A DNA stretch of 64,000 nucleotides from Macrostomum hystrix (lineage: Eukaryota; Animalia; Platyhelminthes), in contig CATNEN010000024.1 of NCBI GenBank assembly GCA_950097015.1, forward strand, positions 1,364,001-1,428,000, written 5' to 3'. A program made the translations under genes and the position numbers. The notes under the pieces are model-generated. The model was not told the origin of the DNA. It saw only the letters and a program-made list of their open reading frames with translations, and did no database searches. Below are positions 45,201-54,257 of this stretch, piece by piece (position 1 is the stretch's first letter; each line of letters begins with the position of its first letter).

Positions 45201-48200
45201 CGGCCTAGGCCGTTAAATGATTTAACGGCCTAGGTCCGATTAAACATATAGTCTATGGTCACAGTTGCTGTAAACAGTTTTAGGTTTGCAATCTCGTGAG
45301 CCGGGCCAAGCTTTAGGATTAACCTACTACAACTATTTAATGTATCGTTTAACGAGGTTTTTCTTTTTTGTAGAATAACCAACTGTCTATGGTAAACACT
45401 TTATTTTACGAGGCTCTAAACCGTTTCTCAGTCCTAGTTTTGAGGCCTGAGAAACGATTTGAGGACTTAAAGCGCCAGGAAATAGGATGAACACAAAAAA
45501 AGAATTCGCGAAACGCGAAAACAAGAACAGCAGATGACCGAAAGTTCACGTTATTGAAGGAAAAAAAGTAGATTGTCACTCCCATGTGATGGTTACACAG
45601 TTCTCCTCTCCGTTCGCCACAATCTTCATCTTCTTCGCAGGACGATGGTCTTCAGTTGCAAATAAGGCAGTAATGCTCCCTGTGGCAGTAGCAGCAGATG
45701 GGGCCGTAGCATGGGTTGGTAGATTGGTCAGTGTGGTAGTGGTACCCCCTGCATGGCCTGCGTGCAACGCGTCTGAGATGCGCAGATGGTCAGTACTGTC
45801 AAGACGAATATATCGCTCTATAGCACTGCTTGAATGACCCGTGACCCTAGCAATATCAGCCCGTTCGAAACCAGCCTTTCGTAATTCAGTTGCGCAGGTC
45901 TTCCTTAATGATTGATTCGTAAAACGCATGCCATTGCCATTGCCAGTACTAGTTAGCTCCTTAACAATGTTGTCAAGAGTGTGACGGCCAAGAGGTACGT
46001 TCTGATACCATTTTCCGGCAGCAATGCTTGTCTCATTGCGATAGTAGCTCAGGAACAAGCTGCTAACATGGCAGTTCTCCGGGCGCTTCTCATTGTACTT
46101 CAAGTAAATACAAACAAGACAGCGCTCGTGTCTCGTGTATATGTGTATGAAACGCACGCATTTCACGAGGAGGAGTAGGTTTGGCCTTCAAGCCACGATT
46201 GTTGGTTTTATTAGCTCTCTGCTCTGTGAAGAGTAAACATTCTCCAACAGTAGTACTGCTCACAGTGATGTCCTTGTCATGTTGTAACGCATGTAACTCT
46301 GTTCCTCCACGCTCAAAATCGTGAGGTATAGGCTCACTTGCTCGTTGCCCTGGAATATTACCTTCGCGAACGGTTTCCTTCATCGCAGCGTCGAGAGTCG
46401 CTCTGGCGTCCGAAAATTGTGGATCTTTCCAGAACGAAAAGTCCTTCTTTAGAGTAAACGTGACATAGTGCTGCAGCATGGCAAAAATGTCCTTCAGACT
46501 TGTCGCATTATACTTGCCACCGTCCTGTTTGCGCACCTCGAAGAAAAATCGCCTCAGAAGATAGTTCCAATCGCCTCGACTCCATTCTTCGATCTGTTTG
46601 GAGACAAGAAGTCCTTTGGCATCGCCATGCAGAATTGCGCTTTGGCGCTCATTTCGCCACTCGTTGAAAATATTAACGGCCCATTGTTCTTTGCGACGCG
46701 TATTGCTCGGAATAGCGGCGGCCAGCTTCGCTTCAATATCAGCTTCATCTAGCTTAACGAATCGCGTTGAGGATGTAGATGTAGAAGCCGTTTCAGCCCT
46801 AATAATAACAGGCCCAATCGAATCTGTTGGTTCTGATGCCCCAGTTGTTGTTCTATTAGCTGGTTCGAACAACTCATCTAACCAGTCCAACGCTCCAGGT
46901 TGACCCAACGGATCCATGTCACTGACGGATTACTGACACTGAATGAAAAACTATTTCAAAAAGCTTTCTTTCACGAGATAGTTTAAATAACATATTACCC
47001 TCTAATTTTGTGTTCTATGGTAGAAAGTCCTCGGACGCTATTCTCAGGCCTCGGCTTCGCCTCGGCCTGATAAATGCATACTCGGACTTTCTTTTCCATA
47101 GAACATAAAATTAGAGGGTAATATAATATACTTAAATACTATAATACACCCTGAAATCGTTGTCTATGGCCTTGGAACGGCTTCGGACTGCGCTTCAGGG
47201 CCTCGGCTTCGCCTCGGCCAAGAAACGCGTCCTCAGCCTTTCCTAGGCCAAAGAAACGAAATCAGGGGGGTATTATTCTATACTTAATGGTCTCGAGGCC
47301 CGCCCTCTGCTGTCGTCTATGGTTCGCTCGCTCGCTAAGCTTTGCTCGCCTCGAGACCATTAAAAATATTTGAATTTTATGCATGCATACACCTTTTAAG
47401 GTGTATTATACCTTTTTGCGTTCTATTTGGGCTTTCTTGCGAGCCATTTGGGCAGCGCAGGCAGTGGTGAGCGAGACGAAAGCAGGCACTCTGTGCCATA
47501 GAGATTATAGATCAAAAGGTATATTGCACATAAATGAGAGATTTTTTTCCATTGACATTCTCGACCGGCACGAATCCCATAATTGCGTGCCCGCTGCTCC
47601 GAGTCTGCCTGAGGTATCGTCTGTGCCTCAGTCTTTAAAGAGTCCCGTATTTTCGGTATTTCCCATAATTTCTGCCCCGTATAGAAAGAAATATTGTGGT
47701 ATAGAAGCATTTACTTTGATTGAGTAAGCTTTGTTTTAGCTAACTCAAGCCGAAAAGATGTAGTTTTATGTTCTTATAGCATTTTCATTCATTCATTTGC
47801 AATACCCGTGACCTAATTCTCTGATTGGAGCCTTACTGAAGCACTTTTATCGAATTAGGAAAAACGGCAGACGTACTTTTGTTACTCAGCACTTGGCTTG
47901 TACACCTGTTGAAGAACTCATAAAATCTGCTGATATTATAGGTCTTAAAATTAAAGTAAACTTTCTCAAGCCGTTGAGATTGGAGTGCAGCGACTGAAAA
48001 AGCACCTGCGCCGCCATCAATCTAAAGGTTGCACCGTGATTTATGCGTCGCCATGCAGCCCAACCCAAACCAACCATGCAACCAGATGTTTGATTTTCAA
48101 CGTAGCCGAGAGCGAAGACAAACACGTGATCGATTTATGGACTTAAACGCTTGGTTGAGAGTCCCTTGACAACGGTTTGTCTTACAGCACATAGGCCAGT

Positions 48201-50809
48201 AATATCAACTAGGCCTGGCTTGCTAAATGCGGATATGGTCAGGAAATTTTAGTTGAAAAAATATTTTTAGAAAAGCTGTTTACACTGCGATCCACTTCAC
48301 CACTGTCCCGTGGTGTGTGGCCTCTGTGTAAATAGACCTGTGTGAAACTTACACCAATCGCTTTGGCGAGCTAAGAGAACAAAAAACTATTGCTACACTT
48401 TGTATCAATATGGACTCTCTGGGCTTCACTTGGGACAGGTGCGATGACACTGTCATTTCTGGGAAACTAGTCACTGACCCAAGGCCCTAGAACCTGAGTA
48501 GGCCTCCATGACCAATGACTCTAGTCATTAGTCATGGACACGATACATAATGACCCTAGTCCCTGAGTAGGCCTCAACAACAATGGGGGTGGGTGGCAGA
48601 GCGGTTAACGCGGTCGCCTCTCGCACCACGGTCCGTAAGTTCGATTCCAGGGCGAAGCCATATAAATTTGGGGCGCAGCCGCGGAGAGAAGGCTTGGGGG
48701 CTTGTCGTGCAATTAAAACCCTTGAGGACCAACCTCCAAGGCACAGTGAAGTGTCACACTGCCTGACGATGAGAAAGTCAGCGCAGATGTACACGCTTTG
48801 TGAGCGTGAGCCTGCGTACAGTATCTGTGTGCGTGTGTGCTCAGGGGTAAGCGAAATGGGCAGAATTGTCTCCTCGCTGGCCGCGAGTCTATAGTGTCAG
48901 CAAGTGATGTGCCGCAGCCCTCGTGCAATTATTATATTATTAGGCCTCCACAGTCAATTCTAGCAGTCCATGAGTAAAATGACACACATCAAATCACTTA
49001 AATTGGCTAATGACAATTTAAATAGTTAACATGTACTGAAATTTTTTGTCAAAAATGTCCATTGGCGTCAATGGCGCAAACTTTCTTTATGTTTTAGTCA
49101 GTTAGCCAGTAGAGAATGCAGAGGATAAACGGACAAGTTAACGATTTCCCGTCTCCGCAAACCAGGCATACGGAGGCTACGACAACGGTCTGACCCTTAC
49201 ATTGGCCTACGAGGGCCTGAAGGACAACTACTTCAGCACCTCAGTGCGCTACACACGCGGCTACGCCGTCTTGCTGACGCCGTTCGACAAGTTCACCAAC
49301 TTCTTTCGCACAGCGCCCGTGGCGGTGCCGGCCGGGCATCGCACGGACATTGGGCTGCTGGTCCAGCGCACCAAGCGAATGGCCACCATCAACGATCCAT
49401 GCACGAAGCAGCACCAGGCTGTCAGCTTCGACGGCCTGTCGGACAACTACGACTATGACACGGTCAACTGTGTCGACATGGTGCTGAACTCGGTGGTGAT
49501 GCGCAGCTGCGGCTGCGTCACCGACATGCTGCCGATCCCGCTGGGGCTGCAGCAGAGCAGGCGCTGCAGCCGGCTCAACTTCACCCGGACTTCCGGCGCG
49601 CCACAGGTTCTAGACTTCACCCAAATGATGCGCGACAAGGCCTGCTTGGACGCCCAGCTGCGGCTGAATGACGACCTGACAGTCTATGGCCAGCTGGTTT
49701 CGGCCTGTCAGAAGGCCTGCCTCGAGGAGAGCATTATGTCGCACGCGGCAACTACAGCCCTGCCGGCAGCTCCGGCTAGCAGCGGCGCTTCAAGCAACCG
49801 GTGGACGGCTGACGTTGAGCGGCTGCTCGGCCAGGCCTGGCAGAGAGCACCGAATCGGTCCTTCCTGCCAGCCCTGCTGAATGTCAGCGGCAATGGGCGC
49901 TTCTTCAGCGGAATCTCCGCCACCGACCATGTGGTCCAGCTGAACATCTACTTCCTGTCGTCAACCGTGACGCTGTTCGAGGAGGACTGGCAGTATCCGA
50001 TCGAGAGCTTCCTATCCGAGGCCGGGGGAGTCATTGGTGAGCCAGGGCCTGGGGACAACCAGATGCAAGCTAGTTGAACGGAGGGGTACCGCCGGGTGTA
50101 ACAGAAGAAACCACAGGAGGGCATTGCAAATACCCACTGCCTACTTCACGATAGCTCTCAAACCGAATGACCGATTTTCGTTAAAGTCAACCAACTGAAT
50201 AACAATTTTCCACCCTTAACGATGAACTTTCAACGCCGTCCGACGTCAGCATCGTCGAGATATTCAGCGATTCTTGTCGAAGGCCCTGGTGACAAGGACA
50301 AATAGCATGGCTCTCTATTAGCCTCTATGGAGAATCTATATGAAAATTAAAATGAAAAATAAGAATAAAATCGACACAATATAAGCAACGCGAACTATGA
50401 TAACGATGAATTTTAACCGTTTTCTAAATTTTCACAGCGATTGGTTTAATATTTTAAGAGATGCAGAAAATAAGAAAATGTGGGTGTTTGAAATTCTACC
50501 GAATAATGGTACTGTTAAGCTAGACCACTCGGCCATCGCGAGCTTGAAGTACGGTGTCCAGAGCGTCTCCAGTTGGAAAGGTTGCCATGGTGATAAACCA
50601 TCATGTCCTGCTGTCCCACAGGTCTCTGGGTGGGTGCATCCGTGCTGACCATGCTGGAATTCCTGGACCTGCTGACCAGCCTGCTGGCCATCGCTTTGAA
50701 CTGGCAGAGGGCCCGGTGTCATGTGGCCGCCAGGTCAGACAGCACCGAGCTGGTGGAGCCGGCGTCGACAGACAAGTCGGGCATCGCCGGAACTGTAGAA
50801 AATGGTTGA
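42209..50809 (+). CDS. DEG/ENaC/ASIC-family channel, 3 exons: join(42209..42832,49166..50036,50622..50809), 560 aa
   Basis: Pre-TM1 HG motif RFAVSTSGHG, TM1, post-TM1 FPKVAIC, YGICYVF|..NGLTLTL, a Cys-rich thumb (SCGC) and TM2 SEAGGVI|GLWVGASVLTMLE with the GAS filter. Intron phases 0 and 1 match; total 1683 nt is divisible by 3. Confidence 0.9.
43149..43239. repeat. Hairpin cassette H0 (truncated relative of H2)
   Basis: Starts TTAAtccccggcatggcccagcc, like H2; GTCTATGG at 43176; ggccgggccaag as return arm. Confidence 0.55.
43388..44854 (-). mobile_element. Crypton-type (DUF3504-like) tyrosine recombinase YR1, 488 codons interrupted by one in-frame TGA (43925-43927)
   Basis: FFVFEVRTHEGERY..STL; catalytic R (FALRGG), K (KTHQGG), QSLR (HxxR position), TGH and Y (ERYI). 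ORFs 43925..44854 and 43388..43909 are in the same frame: GG*FTKTPMGRH. Confidence 0.88.
44987..45146. repeat. Hairpin cassette H1, TTAA-bounded (non-autonomous Crypton-like)
   Basis: Arms gataataccccccaaaa..gtctatggccatgaagtcgg / ccgacttcatggccaaagaa..ttttgggggggtattatc; central GGCCTCGGCTGCGCCTCGGCC; right end TATAC-TTAA. Confidence 0.85.
45143..45322. repeat. Hairpin cassette H2, sharing its left TTAA with H1
   Basis: Outer arms TTAAtccccagcttggcccggc / gccgggccaagctttaggaTTAA; inner palindrome tttaatcggcctaggccgttaaat / atttaacggcctaggtccgattaaa; GTCTATGG at 45251. Confidence 0.8.
45576..46917 (-). mobile_element. Crypton-type tyrosine recombinase YR2, inactivated (7-nt duplication frameshift; ~31 codons missing relative to YR1)
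   Basis: FFFEVRKQDGGKY..TSL, RGG, KTNNRG, TNQSLRKT, TGHSS, ERYI. The frames 46090..46917 and 45576..46166 join if tctcgtg (46131-46137) is removed. Confidence 0.88.
46983..47135. repeat. Hairpin cassette H3, TTAA-bounded
   Basis: Arms attaccctctaattttgtgttctatgg / ccatagaacataaaattagagggtaat; central GGCCTCGGCTTCGCCTCGGCC; right end TATAC-TTAA. Confidence 0.85.
47132..47287. repeat. Hairpin cassette H4 (homologous to H1), sharing TTAA with H3 and H5
   Basis: Arms ataatacaccctgaaatcgttgtctatggcc / ggccaaagaaacgaaatcaggggggtattat; same central motif; right end TATAC-TTAA. Confidence 0.85.
47284..47363. repeat. Hairpin cassette H5
   Basis: Perfect 16-bp arms TTAAtggtctcgaggc / gcctcgagaccaTTAA; GTCTATGG at 47315. 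Confidence 0.85.
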
Positions 50810-51808
50810 AGCAGCCATTGCAGGGGCTGTGTGTAGGCTCGCATCCCAACTCGCCGAAATCCCAAATCCCCATTTAGCAAGTTAGTAAATTCCCCAAAAC
50901 TGGTAAATTATGCCCAGAAGGGTTCAGAAATGCGGTTTTGATGGCAATAATTTCAGGCTTTAACTCAAGCTAAATATCTCATTTCAAACCGTTTTTTGTT
51001 TTAAACAGGTGTTTTAAACATATATATCACCGCCAATGCTAAAAGCTTCTATACATCTTATATGGTATACCTATTCCTTTTTAGAAATACATAGTCTTTA
51101 TAATGGCTAATAAACTGACTGTCAAACACGGCATCGGCTTTCTGTTTCTTATGACAAACAGATACTAATCACTAGATGGAGAACATGCTCACACACATTG
51201 CAAGTGGACCGAGATTACTGTAGTCTTGGTTGTAAAACATTTTTTAAGACAATTAGGCGAGTGATTTTGCTAATCTAATTACGCAGATTTTCACAGGAAA
51301 CCTGAGTTTTATTCAGATTCATTGTACGAGCTATCCATTCGGCTAATTGTTATTTACTTACAAAATTATAAATATAAAGTTTACATTTATAACCGTACAG
51401 AACCGCAAGGGAACGAGTGACTTGTTCTTCATAAGTCTTGCATTTTTGGAGGTCATTTAAGTACACGCAGGTAAGTCTCCGCACTTCCATTCCTAATAGG
51501 CCTACCTATCAGGGGATAAGTAATGCATAATTTGGGATAAGAGGCTAGCTTTATCGAGTTTTTTTCATATCCACTGCAAGTTCAACAAAAACTTTGCATA
51601 ATGGAAGAGAGAAAGTTCGCGCAGACATTGTGAAGGAAGTGCAAATTGATGCAGAAAAAAATACAAAGCTTTTAGTCGCCAATAAGTTTCCATTTAACAG
51701 TGCAGAATTAATTTAATAAATAACACGAAAGCACACGAAACCCTAGAACACGGGCCAACTTTTTTTGCGCATCTTCTGAAACAATAATCAACTCGCCAGC
51801 TCTTCAGA

Positions 51809-52228
51809 CCGTCGAGATATTCAATGCTTCTGGCCGAAGGTCAGATTTTCCCATAAGAGCTAGTGGATTTCATACACCGCTTATTAGCACTGCGCCTCAG
51901 TGCGGCCTTGCCAGGCCTTCAAATTGATCAGCATGTCACCCGAATGTGCCTGCATCATCTCCGTCTTCGGTGGTCACCGACCTTTATCTAGACGGATTTG
52001 CTGGACCTTCAAGGGCTACAACAGGTGGAGCTAGGCCAATATGGAAACCCTGACGCGAATTTCTCCGATTTCACTGATCAAGCCAAAATATTAGGCGCAG
52101 CTCAACCACAGGACACCATCGTCTATTCTGTCAACCAATCAGTCACCACCCAACGCTGTTAGCATTCAGGCGCTGCCAAAAATTTTCAGGGGGAGGAAAT
52201 CCCCTTGGTATAAAAATGGCTTGGTAGT
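51809..52228. mobile_element. Dispersed ~450-bp repeat, copy 2 (inverted relative to 5551..5999)
   Basis: Reverse-complement similarity along the whole length. Confidence 0.8.
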
Positions 52229-52659
52229 CCTACTCTTAAAGAGGCCCAATAGATTGTCGAGAAAACGTTTTCGTTGGGAATAGCAATATAAAAGAATGCA
52301 CTAATGAATTACTAGTAAATCAGTCTCAGTTTAGTCTAAAATATACACATAGCAACGCTCAAATTTTACTGTTTAGAAGCGAGAATGCACCAAAATGATT
52401 GCATATAAACACCTGCAAAACCACTTTACAGCACTTGTTTCATTATCTAAAAGTTACAATAAATTACAAACAAAATAACATGGATTAGATATCTTAATAC
52501 TAATACATATTCGCCAAATATCCTACTATTAAGGATTAACACCAAATGAAACAAAAGAGAAAACATCAAGAATACGCTTACATATAACGAGGGTAAATAG
52601 GTTTATAAATACTTAATTTAAATGCAACTCAAATGTAAACCTTTTTGAGATAATCTAGT

Positions 52660-53310
52660 CCAGTGCTTCATGATGTGAGGGCTAGCATTCTACCAGAGGA
52701 CCAGTGGTTCATGATGTGAGGGCTAGCATTCTACCAGAGGACCAGTGGTTCATGATGTGAGGGCTAGCATTCTACCAGAGGACCAGTGGTTCATGATGTG
52801 AGGGCTAGCATTCTACCAGAGGACCAGTGGTTCATGATGTGAGGGCTAGCATTCCACCAGAGGACCAGTGGTTCATGATGTGAGGGCTAGCATTCTACCA
52901 GAGGACCAGTGGTTCATGATGTGAGGGCTAGCATTCCACCAGAGGACCAGTGGTTCATGATGTGAGGGCTAGCATTCTACCAGAGGACCAGTGGTTCATG
53001 ATGTGAGGGCTAGCATTCCACCAGAGGACCAGTGGTTCATGATGTGAGGGCTAGCATTCCACCAGAGGACCAGTGGTTCATGATGTGAGGGCTAGCATTC
53101 TACCAGAGGACCAGTGGTTCATGATGTGAGGGCTAGCATTCCACCAGAGGACCAGTGGTTCATGATGTGAGGGCTAGCATTCCACCAGAGGACCAGTGGT
53201 TCATGATGTGAGGGCTAGCATTCTACCAGAGGACCAGTGGTTCATGATGTGAGGGCTAGCATTCCACCAGAGGACCAGTGGTTCATGATGTGAGGGCTAG
53301 CATTCTACCA
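52660..53310. repeat. 41-bp minisatellite (CCAGTGGTTCATGATGTGAGGGCTAGCATT[C/T]...AGAGGA)n, ~16 near-identical units
   Basis: Period 41; only one alternating position (TCTACC versus TCCACC); no spacers. Confidence 0.97.
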
Positions 53311-53324
53311 TCACAGCATTTCAT

Positions 53325-53470
53325 AGGGGTGTAGCCTAGAGGCTAGTGCGCCGGATTCACGACTTTTAAGGTCGGAGGTTCGAATCCCAACTCCACTGGA
53401 ACTATTTGTGTTACCTCTGCATTGCCACAGTTCACCCAGATGTTAACCAGCATCAGCTGGCGTAATTGAG
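53325..53470 (+). mobile_element. tRNA-derived SINE
   Basis: gtagcctagaggctagtgcg...ggaggttcgaatccc followed by a non-tRNA body (tgcattgccacagttcacccag) related to the 62275 copy. Confidence 0.6.
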
Positions 53471-53537
53471 GGTGAGTGTGACGACCCCCTAGTCCAGGGA
53501 CCATACGTTTACTCAAAGGACCAGCGGTCCGCTTAGA

Positions 53538-54107
53538 CTAAAAGGCATTGAAAGTTTCCAGTCCAACAGGGAGCGGGCTTTCAGCCTCCGGCCAGGGGCA
53601 GCCAGTGAGGTAGAGCAGCCGGGCGCACACGTCTGCCTGGCCGAATCTCTCACAGACGTTGCGCATTTGATCAGGTTCGCTGCTCAGTACATCGGCGTCG
53701 TCCCTAGCAGTCCAGACTGGCAGGCCGTTCGGACGCAGTCGACCGGCGGAGGCGGCAACAAAAGCCGCGTCAATCAACACGCCGTGGCAGGCGTGGAGCA
53801 GGAATGCGGCCTGCTCCATGGTTATATCGAAGGCCAGCATGAGTCTCAGCAGAGGGCCTCCGGCTGACGAGATGTCGCCCGCCCTATCGACGATGGATTC
53901 TTGCTGCTGCTGCTGAAAGTCTTCGATAACGTAAGCATTTGAGAAGGAACAGCTGAATGAAGCGGAGGCCTCTTCAAGCTGATGCTGCTGCCCTGCTGAG
54001 GCAACTTCAACAGCCACCGCTGAGGTGACGGTTGAGGAGGCCCGCCTCGGCGTCAGCTGACTATTGGCCCGGCGAAACTGTCGAAAGTTGAACCTCCGGG
54101 GCAGCAT
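53538..54107 (-). CDS. 189-aa protein consisting of a disordered N-terminus plus a Rap1/TERF2IP C-terminal (RCT)-like domain
   Basis: LMLAFDITMEQAAFLLHACHGVLIDAAFVAASAGRLRPNGLPVWTARDDADVLSSEPDQMRNVCERFGQADVCARLLYL aligns by eye to the TERF2IP RCT pattern (LMEKF.....V...F....G.......G.R.DG.PIWS..DD..L.......L..KFG...V.RR..F). First ATG at 54107; in-frame TGA just upstream. Confidence 0.7.
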   Translation of the reverse strand: MLPRRFNFRQFRRANSQLTPRRASSTVTSAVAVEVASAGQQHQLEEASASFSCSFSNAYVIEDFQQQQQESIVDRAGDISSAGGPLLRLMLAFDITMEQAAFLLHACHGVLIDAAFVAASAGRLRPNGLPVWTARDDADVLSSEPDQMRNVCERFGQADVCARLLYLTGCPWPEAESPLPVGLETFNAF

Positions 54108-54257
54108 TTGATGCAATTTTCAAAATACAAGATGAAAACTGAAAGGCATTAGAGATGCTTGTTCTATTTGACAACTTTACATTTTTTGTAAAAAAAATTT
54201 TGTTATTAACTTCTACACGATTTTCGCACTCATCCAGCCACGCTATAAGAAAATGAT

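Noticed and set aside
47383-48928. Short ORFs in the distal part of the DEG/ENaC intron 1
   Set aside because: No recognisable domain, and the channel exons join in phase without them. Possibly repeat remnants that I could not classify.
52660-53310. CRISPR-like appearance of the 41-bp array (also 21331..22161)
   Set aside because: Units are contiguous with no unique spacers, there are no cas genes, and the context is eukaryotic.
53325-53400. Possible tRNA-Val(CAC) gene (also near 62340-62410)
   Set aside because: A/B boxes are present, but the acceptor and anticodon stems do not pair and the sequence runs into a shared SINE body.
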